A stretch of 64,000 nt of DNA from assembly GCA_964613385.1 (NCBI GenBank), contig CAZTGZ010000002.1, positions 83,419-147,418 on the forward strand, written 5' to 3'. The notes below the pieces were generated by a model. The model was not told where the DNA came from, ran no database searches, and worked only from the letters and a program-made list of their open reading frames with translations. The stretch comes from an uncultured Chitinophagaceae bacterium (lineage in GTDB: Bacteria > Bacteroidota > Bacteroidia > NS11-12g > UBA9320). Numbering within the stretch: the stretch's first letter is position 1; each line of letters opens with the position of its first letter. The translations under genes were made by a program, and so were the position numbers. Shown piece after piece: positions 1-10,265 of the stretch.

Positions 1-741
1 CAATTTACCGAAAAAGAGAGAGCTGCGCTAACAGAGCATCATCTCCAATTGCACGAAAATCGCAAGCAAAAAGCCAATGACTATTTAAAAAATCAAGACT
101 CGACGAGTTATGTACAATATGTACGTTCAAATGCTGAATGGAATGTATGGGAGGACTCTATACACCATTTGGCTGCAACAAAAGGCTATAAATCAAAAGT
201 AAAAGCCGCCGATTTTGTATTCATCAACTTCGTATTGAATTTTCTTCCCATTGGCCTTATAGGTCTGTTATTGGCTGTTATTTTCAGCGCGGCCATGTCC
301 AGCACAAGTGCAGAAATCAGCGCTCTGGCAACCACAACCTATAACGATTTTATCTTTCGAAACAGAACAGATGCCGTCAATGCCAAATCACTACCCCGGT
401 TAACTTTGGCCTGGGGTTCGCTCGCCATCGTTTTTGCATTGGCAGCCAGTATGTTCGAAAGCCTCGTTGAAGCCGTAAATATCCTCGGATCTTTATTTTA
501 CGGCACTGTTTTGGGCGTGTTTCTGGCAGGGCTCTTCACCTCAAAAGCCGAAAAGAACTGGGTGCTGGCCGCTGCCATCGTCGCTCAGATTCTTATTTTT
601 ATTCTATTCTTTTGGGGAGAAAAACTGGGTATCCATCTCGCCTTTCTATGGTACAATCTGATAGCCTGTGCCTGGATTTGCTTGTTTGCCGTGTTCGGGA
701 AATTAAAAAGTACATTTCAATCGAATCACACAAAATCATAA
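1..741 (+). CDS. Sodium:solute symporter (SSF)-like transporter, C-terminal part; the ORF is open back to base 1, so the gene starts upstream of the window
   Basis: Frame 1 is open from nt 1 through the stop at 741. Several hydrophobic helices and a GSLAIVFALAASMFESL...LFYGTVLGVFLAGLF segment are typical of the C-terminal half of SSF permeases. Confidence 0.45.
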   Translation, partial: QFTEKERAALTEHHLQLHENRKQKANDYLKNQDSTSYVQYVRSNAEWNVWEDSIHHLAATKGYKSKVKAADFVFINFVLNFLPIGLIGLLLAVIFSAAMSSTSAEISALATTTYNDFIFRNRTDAVNAKSLPRLTLAWGSLAIVFALAASMFESLVEAVNILGSLFYGTVLGVFLAGLFTSKAEKNWVLAAAIVAQILIFILFFWGEKLGIHLAFLWYNLIACAWICLFAVFGKLKSTFQSNHTKS

Positions 742-756
742 GTTTGAAAGCTTGAT

Positions 757-1716
757 TTACCCGGGATCATGCAAAAAAACCGGCCCCAATAAACTCCTTT
801 CCTTAGGCTCGAAAAGTAACCATAAATCACCTGTTGACATCTGATAAACCAGTATTTGATACTTTTTGTGCGCTGTATTTTCAGCATTATAAATGATAAA
901 ATCACCGTCAGGACTCCAATCGTGCCATCCTCCTCCAACCTCGTTTTCCATCAATTTCCACTCTTTTTGTCCTGCTGTATCTACTGCATAAATATGATTC
1001 ACACCTTTTCGATTCGTCACATACGTAATGTATTTCCCACTGGGGTGGAATCTGGCCGATCCTGCGGTGTAACCAATTCGACCTGATGATAAATCATCTT
1101 TTGGAAAATGAGTCAGCCGTTTCATTTGTCCTCCCCTGGAAGGCATCAGATAAAGTTCTTCGTGTTGATTTTTATCTCTTCTGTTTGGCTTATAACTAAA
1201 CACCAGTAAACGGCCATCCGGAGAATAACATGGATCAGAAAATTTGGCACCGGTATCATAGGTTACTCTTTGATAATTACCACTTTGCAGATCGATGGTA
1301 AACAATTGATATCTGGCCGTGTCCCCTAACCTTCCGGAAACAATCATTTCAGTACCATTTTTCCGGGTGCTCATCCAACTATCTTCAAGTCGCAAATCAC
1401 TGACTTTTTCTACATTAGACCCTAAAGTATCGGTCTTGTATAGGTGAAAACACCTGTAACAATCGTTTCGATCACTGATGAAATATATCACAGATTGATA
1501 GGCGTGATAAGACCAATCCACTCCCGGATGCTGACTAATATTCCGTTCCGCGCTGCCCTTCCATGCCCGGTGAATTACTTCCCAATTGTCTGTGGTATCA
1601 TCCCATAACACATTATATACGACACTCACATTTTCGAGCCTGGGTATAAATGGATTCTGAGCATTGACAATCAGAACATTTGATGCAAAAAGTATCCATA
1701 ATCCGTTCTTTTTCAT
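757..1716 (-). CDS. Secreted PD40/WD40-like beta-propeller (TolB-like) protein
   Basis: N-terminal signal peptide (MKKNGLWILFASNVLIVNAQ). Repeated PD40-like units (YSPDGRLLVFSY, HPSGKYITYVTNRKG, WSPDGDFIIY). Confidence 0.6.
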   Translation of the reverse strand: MKKNGLWILFASNVLIVNAQNPFIPRLENVSVVYNVLWDDTTDNWEVIHRAWKGSAERNISQHPGVDWSYHAYQSVIYFISDRNDCYRCFHLYKTDTLGSNVEKVSDLRLEDSWMSTRKNGTEMIVSGRLGDTARYQLFTIDLQSGNYQRVTYDTGAKFSDPCYSPDGRLLVFSYKPNRRDKNQHEELYLMPSRGGQMKRLTHFPKDDLSSGRIGYTAGSARFHPSGKYITYVTNRKGVNHIYAVDTAGQKEWKLMENEVGGGWHDWSPDGDFIIYNAENTAHKKYQILVYQMSTGDLWLLFEPKERSLLGPVFLHDPG

Positions 1717-1729
1717 TTTTGGTCAGGCA

Positions 1730-2158
1730 TTATCTCCAGGCTCCCAAAATTAAACCTATCAAGGTAAAATAGACGGTGATATATCCTCCATTAATCAGTA
1801 TATATGACCAGGATCTTTGTTCAAACAAAGAAATTATCGTAAAAATGAATGCTGAAAATCCAAGGCCGGCTAAAAATCCAGCGGTCATACCCCACATGGC
1901 GTCCGTTTGAGCATCTCCCAGAAAAAAAGCAAGGTTATAACTGATCAGCCATGCCAGAACAAATGTAATTCCATAAACTTTTGCCGGATTTACTTTCTTC
2001 AGATCATCCTCTGTCAATTGATTGGCTTGCAACCAGGGTTTGTAAAACATAAGCGGCGAATACCACAAAGCGCCCAGCATTAGATTTACGACCGCACAAC
2101 TGAAAATTGCCCAATGATTTAAATAAATGTTTTCCATATAAATTCTATTTGAGTGCAA
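1730..2158 (-). CDS. DUF1761-like small integral membrane protein
   Basis: Four predicted TM helices with a WYSP/KPW motif pattern. The start may be the internal MENIYL at about 2137. Confidence 0.45.
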   Translation of the reverse strand: MHSNRIYMENIYLNHWAIFSCAVVNLMLGALWYSPLMFYKPWLQANQLTEDDLKKVNPAKVYGITFVLAWLISYNLAFFLGDAQTDAMWGMTAGFLAGLGFSAFIFTIISLFEQRSWSYILINGGYITVYFTLIGLILGAWR

Positions 2159-2201
2159 ATGATGGAAACATTAAAATAAAAGGATTGTAAAAAATTTACC
2201 T

Positions 2202-3020
2202 TTAATCAACGGCTATATAATTCTGAAATAACCTTATTTGTTGCTGGTATTGTTTGGGGGTAAAACCACAGAAAAATTTAAAATCATGGATAAAATGTGC
2301 CTGGTCAAAATATCCTGCATCCAAGGCCAATTCAGTCCAGTTAATTTCCGTTTGTCTGTCAATATCGTGTATGGCTTTTTGAAAGCGCATAATACGCAAA
2401 TACGTTTTTGGTGTAACCCCTACTCTATTTTTAAACAATTCAATAAAATGCTTTTGAGAATACCCAATTTCCGAGTTTAATCTTTTCAAGGTCAATGTAT
2501 TGGGATTTTTGTTGATTCGCATCAAACTATACTCAACCACAGGACAAACTTCAAACCGACCACCGTAAATCTCATTCAATTTGCGCTCGGCCAGCGAAAA
2601 CATTTCGAAGGGAGAAGTCAATTCCTGCAAAGCATCTCTTAAATCAAGAATTTCGGGTCCCATGGCTTCCTCTGCATCCAAAACTTCATTGCTAACGGTT
2701 ACCATGGGAATTTTAGAAAAAGGCAAAGCCATTCCCTTTTTGAATTGGATGATGAACATTTGGCTGTCTCTGCCACTCGGAATGGTTATAGGTGTATTCC
2801 GAATACCTGAGAACCAAGCTTTTCTGCAAGTTTGAATTTCCTCCAATGTTTCATTGTCATAAATGTACTTGGGTTGTTCGGTAAATTCAAAAATCAAATT
2901 CACGTTGCCATCCGGAAGCAGCCTTTCTTTGTTGTGCGTGGGATAATAATCCCGGTAATAGGTAAAACTGTCAACAAACAACGACAGTGGATTCCCTGGA
3001 CGGTGAAATTCAAATAGCAC
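2202..3020 (-). CDS. AraC-family transcriptional regulator
   Basis: C-terminal AraC-type HTH (KHFIELFKNRVGVTPKTYLRIMRFQKAIH). Confidence 0.7.
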   Translation of the reverse strand: MLFEFHRPGNPLSLFVDSFTYYRDYYPTHNKERLLPDGNVNLIFEFTEQPKYIYDNETLEEIQTCRKAWFSGIRNTPITIPSGRDSQMFIIQFKKGMALPFSKIPMVTVSNEVLDAEEAMGPEILDLRDALQELTSPFEMFSLAERKLNEIYGGRFEVCPVVEYSLMRINKNPNTLTLKRLNSEIGYSQKHFIELFKNRVGVTPKTYLRIMRFQKAIHDIDRQTEINWTELALDAGYFDQAHFIHDFKFFCGFTPKQYQQQIRLFQNYIAVD

Positions 3021-3846
3021 GGGAATTGGCTGCCTGCTTCAATGCTTCGATATCGAACTTCTGCATTTTCAAAAATGCATCTATTACCTGTTGTCTGTTC
3101 GGACCATTCATCAATGTTCCGAGAATTTCCGGGACAATCTGCCAGGAGAATCCATAGGCATCAGATAACCAACCACAAACATCGTATCTCCCGTTTTTAC
3201 CTAATAATTCCCAGTAATTGTCAATTTCATCCTGATTTTCACATTCCACAACCATTGAAATCCCGGGAGTGAAACCAAATTGATTTTCAGGCCTTCCACT
3301 CATTATATTCATCAACATACCCCTGATTCTGATTTGAGAAAACACCACCTCTTCGGTTTTGCTTTCCGGTGGATAGCACATTAAAATCTGAGAAGGAGTT
3401 AAAATTCTGCAATAGTATTCCGCTGCCTTTTTCACCATTTGTATTTGTTCCATGGTCATGAGCAAACAAGGCACAATTTTCTGATCTGAGTTTATTTCGT
3501 CTGCATCCAACTGCCAGTTCACTCCAAATTTGTCTTCTACCCAGGCGTATTTCTCTGACCAATCGTATTTGCCCAATGGCATGAATACCTTGCCCCCATC
3601 CTTCAATTTCATGTAGAGGTCGTCTATATGCGCGGCGCCATAAACAAAAAAAGATACAGACGGGTTTTTCTGATATCGAGGTCCGCCGTTCAGATTCATA
3701 AATGGACATCCAAATAAATTATATCTGGTAACCAGGGCATCGCTGCTCAAAATCTCCGAATCCGGAAATATATCCGTATAAAATTCCGCGGCACTTTTAC
3801 CTTCCTGATCAAACCAAAGGCAAGGGTAGATTTCAGCTTTATTCAT
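3010..3846 (-). CDS. VOC/PhnB-like (3-demethylubiquinone-9 methyltransferase-domain) two-domain protein
   Basis: The ORF-track ORF 3010..4053 is truncated to the internal M (MNKAEIYPCLWFDQ...) because upstream codons overlap the next gene (3839..4252). The PhnB-like motif IYPCLWF appears twice, in a duplicated domain. Confidence 0.55.
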   Translation of the reverse strand: MNKAEIYPCLWFDQEGKSAAEFYTDIFPDSEILSSDALVTRYNLFGCPFMNLNGGPRYQKNPSVSFFVYGAAHIDDLYMKLKDGGKVFMPLGKYDWSEKYAWVEDKFGVNWQLDADEINSDQKIVPCLLMTMEQIQMVKKAAEYYCRILTPSQILMCYPPESKTEEVVFSQIRIRGMLMNIMSGRPENQFGFTPGISMVVECENQDEIDNYWELLGKNGRYDVCGWLSDAYGFSWQIVPEILGTLMNGPNRQQVIDAFLKMQKFDIEALKQAANSRAI

Positions 3847-4252
3847 TCGGAACAAAATTTGGATCGGTGCACATAATCTCCCACTGATGTCCATCCGGAT
3901 CTTCGAATGTATCGTAATACATCCATCCGTGATCTTTGGGTTCCTGATATCGGGTAGCTCCGTTTGCAAAAGCCTTTGCCATGATTTCATCAACCAGGTC
4001 TTTGCTTTCAACTTCCACTGCCAATAAAACCTGGGTAGAACTTCTGTCGGCAACCGGTTTATGCGTAAAAGTCGAAAAATACGGCTCTGTAATTAACATG
4101 GCATACAATAATCCTTCATTTAGGATTAAACAAACGGCCTTGTCGTCAGAGAATTGCTCATTAAACGTAAAGCCAAGCTCAGACCAAAATTTTCGGGTGC
4201 GTTGTAAATCTTTAATGGGCAAATTCACATACATGGTTTTAATACGGGTCAT
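3839..4252 (-). CDS. VOC (glyoxalase/bleomycin-resistance fold) family protein
   Basis: 137 aa with a typical glyoxalase-fold N-terminus (MYVNLPIKDLQRTRKFWSELGF) and a C-terminal metal-binding-like HxWE motif. Confidence 0.6.
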   Translation of the reverse strand: MTRIKTMYVNLPIKDLQRTRKFWSELGFTFNEQFSDDKAVCLILNEGLLYAMLITEPYFSTFTHKPVADRSSTQVLLAVEVESKDLVDEIMAKAFANGATRYQEPKDHGWMYYDTFEDPDGHQWEIMCTDPNFVPNE

Positions 4253-4333
4253 TCTTCAATATTTAGATGTCAAACATACGTGAAGACCCCGGCATCTACA
4301 ACCGGGTTTTGTCAGAAATATGTCCCCTTACAT

Positions 4334-5020
4334 TCAAAGAGTGAACTCCAGCTTTCGGTAATCCTCTTCCTCCGATATGTTCGCAATTTCGAAACTTAAA
4401 AACATGATTTTCTTGCCTTCGAGCAACCATTTCTTTTCATAAAATGTTTGTATCTGAATCAAATCTGTCCGGCTTTTATCGGCATAAACATCAGGTATAT
4501 CATGCCAAACTTTCAGGTTCAATTGATGAATTACCTCTTTGGTGAACTCATACAATTCTGCACTGTCTGTTTTAAGATGAACCCGCAGGTCTGTTTGCCC
4601 AATATTTTTAAATTTTTGTAAAAAAACAGGATGGGTCAATCTTTTTTTCGCTTTGCCTTTTCTTAAATGAGGATCGGCAAAAGTGATCCAGATCTCAGAT
4701 ACTTCACCGGGGTCGAATTGCGATTCGATATGGCTGATTTGTGCCCGCAAAAAAGCCACATTGTGAAGGCCTTTATCTATGGCTGACAGAGCGCCCCGCC
4801 ACATTCGATTTCCCTTAATATCAACTCCAATGTAGTTGGCTTCCGGCCGGAGTTCTGCCAAACCCAAGGTATATTCTCCTTTACCACAGGCTAATTCAAG
4901 CACGATCGGACGTGAATTTTCAAAAAAGTCACTCCATTTGCCTTGCATGGCAGATGATTCCTCGAAAGTGTTGGGAAAGGAGGAGAATTCTGCAAAACGC
5001 TTGAGTTTTTGTTTAGCCAT
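4334..5020 (-). CDS. trmB: tRNA (guanine-N7)-methyltransferase
   Basis: SAM-MTase motif LELACGKGEYTLGLAELRPEANYIGVDIKG and TrmB-like length (228 aa). Confidence 0.8.
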   Translation of the reverse strand: MAKQKLKRFAEFSSFPNTFEESSAMQGKWSDFFENSRPIVLELACGKGEYTLGLAELRPEANYIGVDIKGNRMWRGALSAIDKGLHNVAFLRAQISHIESQFDPGEVSEIWITFADPHLRKGKAKKRLTHPVFLQKFKNIGQTDLRVHLKTDSAELYEFTKEVIHQLNLKVWHDIPDVYADKSRTDLIQIQTFYEKKWLLEGKKIMFLSFEIANISEEEDYRKLEFTL

Positions 5021-5029
5021 AGGGCAAAA

Positions 5030-6088
5030 TTAGGCAGAATCCTTTTCACAAAAAGTCACCAGGGCTCTCCTATCGGGTTTAAACTGAATTCTGGGAATGG
5101 ATGATATTCTGTGCCATTGAACCGGAATCAGTCGGGAATCTGCAACCGTCTTCAGGTATTCGGATAATTCTGCCCAATTGAATTCCAAAGGCAAATCGCC
5201 ACTATAAACCGCATGTATCTGCTCGCCCAATTTCGCATGGGGTATTCCTACAATAATACATTCTGCCTGATAACCTAATTTTGACAAATAGCCGATCACT
5301 CTGGCCTCCATGTCAGGAGCATACAGTTTTAGTCCGCCACTATTGATCCATTCCATACTTCGTCCTGAAACATAGAGCTTGTCCGATGCTACATAACCGT
5401 AATCACGGGTCTCCACGTCTATATGAAAACGGTCGATTTTAACATGAATCCATGGGTTGGCTTCCACTTTGACTCCGTTCAACAAGTGATAACCTTCGTC
5501 CTTTTCACGGATATCCCTCAAAGCAATGTGACCCGCAGTTTCGGTCAGTCCAAAACCCAGCCATACCGGATTTGAATGCCTTTGAAATCGAGCTGTCAAT
5601 TCAGAAGACATTGCTGCCCCTCCCAACAAAATTGTGTCAACTTTCATCAATTGTTCTAAGGATTCACGATGCGAGCAAACCGTTTGAAGCTGATACGGTG
5701 ATAAGGCCATATAGCTGATATTTTTCGACAATTTCAAAAATGGGTCTGCCACCGGTGGCAAACAAATGAGATCCCAGTTAAAATGTAGGCATCTCAACAC
5801 CATCATTAATCCTCCGGCTTTGTCCAGCGGGAGGGTTGATGCTGCAATCTGCGGACCCTTTATTCCCATAAATGCAGCACTCTCTTCTATAACCCATTCA
5901 ATATATGCCCGCTCATGCTCCATCACATGTGGTTCACCGGTTGATCCTGAGGAGACCATTACCGGTACTCCACCTCTATCCCAAATTTGAATAACCGAAG
6001 CCAGTTTCGCCAGCAGTGGATTTGAATCTTCAAGAAAATTATCCGCCTCCTTCCGATCAAACTCCCGACCCTCACAAATAATTTTCAT
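5030..6088 (-). CDS. AMP-binding (adenylate-forming) enzyme, O-succinylbenzoate-CoA ligase-like
   Basis: AMP-binding P-loop variant SSGSTGEPH. The compact size (352 aa) is typical of Bacteroidetes MenE-like ligases. Confidence 0.55.
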   Translation of the reverse strand: MKIICEGREFDRKEADNFLEDSNPLLAKLASVIQIWDRGGVPVMVSSGSTGEPHVMEHERAYIEWVIEESAAFMGIKGPQIAASTLPLDKAGGLMMVLRCLHFNWDLICLPPVADPFLKLSKNISYMALSPYQLQTVCSHRESLEQLMKVDTILLGGAAMSSELTARFQRHSNPVWLGFGLTETAGHIALRDIREKDEGYHLLNGVKVEANPWIHVKIDRFHIDVETRDYGYVASDKLYVSGRSMEWINSGGLKLYAPDMEARVIGYLSKLGYQAECIIVGIPHAKLGEQIHAVYSGDLPLEFNWAELSEYLKTVADSRLIPVQWHRISSIPRIQFKPDRRALVTFCEKDSA

Positions 6089-6090
6089 GG

Positions 6091-7338
6091 TTACAAATAG
6101 TCTTTTAACAGGCTTATAAGAGCATCTATTTCTTCCGGTTGATTATAGATATGCGTAGATACCCGGACGCAATTCACGCCATTTTCAGGAACTGCGCGCA
6201 AAATAATTCTTTGTTTTCTCGCGTATTCAACCACTTCTGAATATCCTTTGTTCTTAGGTCTGAAAGCAATTACCGCTCCTCTGGACTCGGGTTCTTCCGG
6301 GGTAAGTAGCGTCAATTTCTGCTCGCCCAAATCTGCCAGTTTCATTCTCAACTCGCTTCCCAGGCCAAGCGCTCGTTCTCTAATTCTGTCCGTACCTATT
6401 TTCTCCTGAAACAATACGGCTGCCTCTATTCCGTAATACAATGCCGCACTTTGGGTTCCATAAAAATATCGGTGGGCTGTCGGAACCAGGCCTTCAAGCT
6501 GCGGTGGATCCGAAAGCAGATCCCAGGCTCCGGAGGAATATCCACCCACATGGTATGCCTGAACATCGTCGAGCTTTTCCTTCTTCACATATAAAAATCC
6601 GGTTCCTTTCGGTGCCAGCATCCATTTATGACAACAAGAAGCATAGGCATCACAACCCATATCGTGTAAATCGGGTTGCAGCATGCCAGGTCCATGTGCC
6701 CCATCTATAAAACTAAAAATTCCTTTTGATTTGGCCAATGCACAAATGGCCTTTGCGGGCAAAACCTGACCGGTGGTGCACAAAACATGTGGCACGGCAA
6801 TAACCTTTGTTTTTTTGGTTATGGCTTTTTCAATGCGGGCTAAAGTCTCAGCGGCTGTATGGGCAGGGCTAATGACTTTTAACCGGAGCTTGTGCAATTT
6901 GGATCGAAGCAACCACGGCAATCCATTTCCCACATGTTCCTGATCCGTAATAATCACCTCATCTCCGGCCTTTAACTTTAATCCCCAACAAACGATATTA
7001 ATACCTTCGGTTACGTTGTGTGTTATAGCCAATTCAGCCTTTTCTGAACCAGTAAAGCGGGCCAGGGCCGAGAGCGCTTCTTCTTTACCACCGCCGTAGT
7101 TGCCCGTTGTATTGGTGTCATCAATGGCTTTCTTGAATGCTTCCAAAACCGGATAAGGTGAAGGACCCATTGTACCATTATTTAAATAGGTGAGATTTGC
7201 ATCAAGGGGAAATTGTTTTCGCAGCATTGGCCAGAAATCCGCGCTTTCCGACATCGGAAATGCTTCAGGCAACCGAACAAAAGCCATGGCAGATGCTAAC
7301 AAGCCAGTTTTTAAAAAGTCTCTTCTTCCCTCCTTCAT
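6091..7338 (-). CDS. Class V aminotransferase-fold PLP-dependent enzyme with twin-arginine (Tat) signal peptide
   Basis: N-terminus MKEGRRDFLKTGLLASAMAF is a Tat motif. Class V fold signatures (HKWMLAPKG, where the lysine is the PLP lysine context). Confidence 0.6.
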   Translation of the reverse strand: MKEGRRDFLKTGLLASAMAFVRLPEAFPMSESADFWPMLRKQFPLDANLTYLNNGTMGPSPYPVLEAFKKAIDDTNTTGNYGGGKEEALSALARFTGSEKAELAITHNVTEGINIVCWGLKLKAGDEVIITDQEHVGNGLPWLLRSKLHKLRLKVISPAHTAAETLARIEKAITKKTKVIAVPHVLCTTGQVLPAKAICALAKSKGIFSFIDGAHGPGMLQPDLHDMGCDAYASCCHKWMLAPKGTGFLYVKKEKLDDVQAYHVGGYSSGAWDLLSDPPQLEGLVPTAHRYFYGTQSAALYYGIEAAVLFQEKIGTDRIRERALGLGSELRMKLADLGEQKLTLLTPEEPESRGAVIAFRPKNKGYSEVVEYARKQRIILRAVPENGVNCVRVSTHIYNQPEEIDALISLLKDYL

Positions 7339-7468
7339 TGGTCTTAAATATTATAGTTTTCGTCTGATGTCAGGAATATGTCCATTTACTCCTGCGTTGG
7401 CAGCAGTTATGTATATCACTGAATATTCAATAATGGTTAAATTTGCGCTTCTTTCAAAAAAAAGCAGT

Positions 7469-9427
7469 ATGAAGAATTTTTTGGCTTTTGCATGCATTGT
7501 GTTGATATGTGCTCCTGTGGCACTAAAAGCCCAAACGGGTGGTCCTGTCGTTTTTACCGTAGGGAAAGATACCGTATATGGGGCGGAATTCGAACGGGTG
7601 TTCAGCAAAAACAGCAAACCCGATAAAGGTAGTCCTACGACGGAAGAATTGGAAGAATATCTCAATTTGTACATCAAATTTAAATTGAAGGTAAAAGAGG
7701 CCTATGCCAGAGGAATGGATACCAATCAGGCATTTATTCAGGAGTTGGCCGGCTATCGCAAACAACTGGCACAACCTTATTTAACGGATAAGGAAGTAAC
7801 CGAAAGCCTGATTCGTGAAGCATACGACCGAATGAAAACGGAAGTTCGCGCCAGTCATATTATGGTCAGACTTTCACCCGATGCCGGTCCAAAGGATACA
7901 CTGATTGCCTGGCAACGCATCATGACTTTGAGAGATAAAATTATCAAAGGAGGGATGGCATTTGATTCGGTAGCCTATCAGTTTTCAGAAGATGAATCTG
8001 CCAAGTTTAATTATGGAGATCTCGGTTTCTTCACCGCTTTTTCTATGATTTACAGTTTTGAAAACATGGCTTATAATTCGTCTATTGGCGCAGTTTCCAT
8101 GCCATTCAGAACATCTTTCGGCTATCACATTATTCTGGTAAAAGAAAAAAGAGAAAATCGCGGAGATGTTAGAACCGCGCATCTCATGATTCGTTTTAAC
8201 AACGAGAGTGAAATCGCTGCCGCGAAAGGACGCATAGAAACCATTTATCAGAAATTACAGAAAGGTGAAGACTTCAATACCCTTGTTCAGCAATTCAGTG
8301 AAGACTTTGGTACGCGTTCCAGAAATGGTGAACTAAATTGGTTCAATAGTACTTCATCCGGTATACCTTTAGAAATTAGAGAAGCGGCATTTGCTTTGAA
8401 AACTCCCGGCGATTACACCCAACCCATAAAAAGTGAATTCGGTTGGCATATTATTCGGCTCATTGAAAAGAAAGGACTGGCTCCCTATGATGAACTGAAA
8501 GAATCCATTAAATTCAAAGTTCAGAAAGACCAAAGGAGCGAAAAAAATAAGGAAGTGGTATTGGTGAGATTGAAAAAAGACAATGCGTTCACCGAAATAC
8601 CCGGTGCGGTTGAAAGTTTCATCCAACTTGCCGACAGTGGTGTATTAAAATCTGGCTGGAAACCCGAAGATAAGCTTACTAAAAAGAACAATCAGGTACT
8701 CTTTTCCATAAAAGGAGTGGCCTATACCTATGCGGATTTCATTCGCTTTATTCAGGATCAGAATGCTGCCAAACCCGGCAGTTTAAAGGATCAGGTGATA
8801 CGCGGTTATTACAATGGGTTCGTGAGCAAAATGAATTTTGACTGGGAAGAGAAAAACCTGGAAATTAAATACGACGAATTCAAATTCCTGATGCAGGAAT
8901 ATCGCGACGGGATTCTACTTTTTGAACTGACCGACAAAATGGTATGGTCAAAAAGTGTTGAAGATACCGTTGGGTTGAAGGCCTTTTTTGAATCGAATCG
9001 GACCAAGTATATGTGGGGCGAACGCGCTGAATTAGCCACCTATACCTGTAAAGATGCCAAAACTGCTTCTAAAGTTAAAAAAGCAATCGCCAAGGGTAGT
9101 ACTGCCGATCAGATTTTGGTGAAATTCAATACCAAAGATCCGGAAATGGTGAAAGTTTCACAAAAACTGATTGAAAAGGGCGAAAAAGGGTATACCCATC
9201 TTACTTGGAATACGGGCATTCAGGATTTACCCAGCCTCGACCAAAGTGTAATTTTTGCACATATCGCAAAAATCAGACAACCCGAGCCAAAAGAATTGTA
9301 TGAAACCCTTGGGCTGGCCACCACAGATTATCAAACGCACCTCGAAAATATATGGATCGCCACTTTGCAGGAAAAATACCCGGTAGTGGTAAACCCAAAC
9401 GCCCTTGAACAACTTTTTAAGAAATAG
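7469..9427 (+). CDS. SurA-like peptidyl-prolyl cis-trans isomerase (two PpiC/parvulin domains)
   Basis: The track ORF starts at 7190, but a signal peptide (MKNFLAFACIVLICAPVALKAQ) begins at 7469. Two parvulin domains (FGYHIILV, FGWHIIRL). Confidence 0.7.
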   Translation: MKNFLAFACIVLICAPVALKAQTGGPVVFTVGKDTVYGAEFERVFSKNSKPDKGSPTTEELEEYLNLYIKFKLKVKEAYARGMDTNQAFIQELAGYRKQLAQPYLTDKEVTESLIREAYDRMKTEVRASHIMVRLSPDAGPKDTLIAWQRIMTLRDKIIKGGMAFDSVAYQFSEDESAKFNYGDLGFFTAFSMIYSFENMAYNSSIGAVSMPFRTSFGYHIILVKEKRENRGDVRTAHLMIRFNNESEIAAAKGRIETIYQKLQKGEDFNTLVQQFSEDFGTRSRNGELNWFNSTSSGIPLEIREAAFALKTPGDYTQPIKSEFGWHIIRLIEKKGLAPYDELKESIKFKVQKDQRSEKNKEVVLVRLKKDNAFTEIPGAVESFIQLADSGVLKSGWKPEDKLTKKNNQVLFSIKGVAYTYADFIRFIQDQNAAKPGSLKDQVIRGYYNGFVSKMNFDWEEKNLEIKYDEFKFLMQEYRDGILLFELTDKMVWSKSVEDTVGLKAFFESNRTKYMWGERAELATYTCKDAKTASKVKKAIAKGSTADQILVKFNTKDPEMVKVSQKLIEKGEKGYTHLTWNTGIQDLPSLDQSVIFAHIAKIRQPEPKELYETLGLATTDYQTHLENIWIATLQEKYPVVVNPNALEQLFKK

Positions 9428-10265
9428 TATTTCCGCTCTGTTTGTCCTGCTTTTCCTGGCTCAATGCAAGAAGAAAAGCGGTGATGAACCCTATGGCAAA
9501 TTATTGGCAAGGGTGTATGGGGAAGAACTATATGCTTCAGAAGTTCAGTCGATATTCGGGAAATTCAGTAGTTCTGCCGACAGCATTGCAGCTGTTAAGG
9601 ATTACATAAAAGCCTGGGCACGGCAACAAGTTCTGTTGCACGAAGCCAAAGAAACCCTGAGCGACGAAGAGAAAGACAAAAGCCTTCAACTGGATCAATA
9701 TCTGAACGATTTGCTCATCTATGAAGTAGAACAAAAACTCATTGCACGCCGGTTAGACACCCTGGTGAGCGATGAGGAAATCAATAAATATTACGACGCC
9801 AATAAGGACAATTTTGAACTCAAAGAGAATATTGTTCGACTCATATTCTTCAAATTACCCATAAATGTCAGTGCTGAAGACAAACTCTGGAATCAGTTTA
9901 AAAGAGGTAAAAAAGAAGATTACGAAGACTTAACGATGCGCACCGTAGAAATGGGTGGTAACTTTTTCAGGGATGAAGACGTTTGGTTATCATTTAACGA
10001 TATCACCAAAGAAGTGCCCATTCAAACTTACAATCAGGAAAATTTCCTGAACAATACCACAGTATTCAAAGTTCAGGATATGCGATATGTGTATTTTGTG
10101 AAAATACTGGATTTTAAAATACGAAACAGCCTATCTCCGCTCGAATTCGAAAGAGACAAAATCAGAAACATCATTCTCAACAAAAGAAAAGTTTCGATGT
10201 TGCGTTCTTTTGAAGAAAAACTGTGGCGCAAGGCTGAAGAGAACGACAAATTGACCCTATTTTGA
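9405..10265 (+). CDS. Hypothetical lipoprotein, SurA-N-like chaperone-domain protein
   Basis: Lipoprotein-like N-terminus (LFVLLFLAQCKKK). It lies between two SurA paralogs in what looks like an operon. The exact start is uncertain. Confidence 0.4.
   Translation: MNNFLRNSISALFVLLFLAQCKKKSGDEPYGKLLARVYGEELYASEVQSIFGKFSSSADSIAAVKDYIKAWARQQVLLHEAKETLSDEEKDKSLQLDQYLNDLLIYEVEQKLIARRLDTLVSDEEINKYYDANKDNFELKENIVRLIFFKLPINVSAEDKLWNQFKRGKKEDYEDLTMRTVEMGGNFFRDEDVWLSFNDITKEVPIQTYNQENFLNNTTVFKVQDMRYVYFVKILDFKIRNSLSPLEFERDKIRNIILNKRKVSMLRSFEEKLWRKAEENDKLTLF

Noticed and set aside
3287-3709. Various 60-180 aa ORFs antisense to or overlapping longer, motif-bearing genes (e.g. 3287-3709, 13488-13928, 32447-32992, 53464-54020)
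   Set aside because: They lie entirely within stronger opposite-strand or out-of-frame genes and show no recognisable motifs. Treated as frame artifacts.
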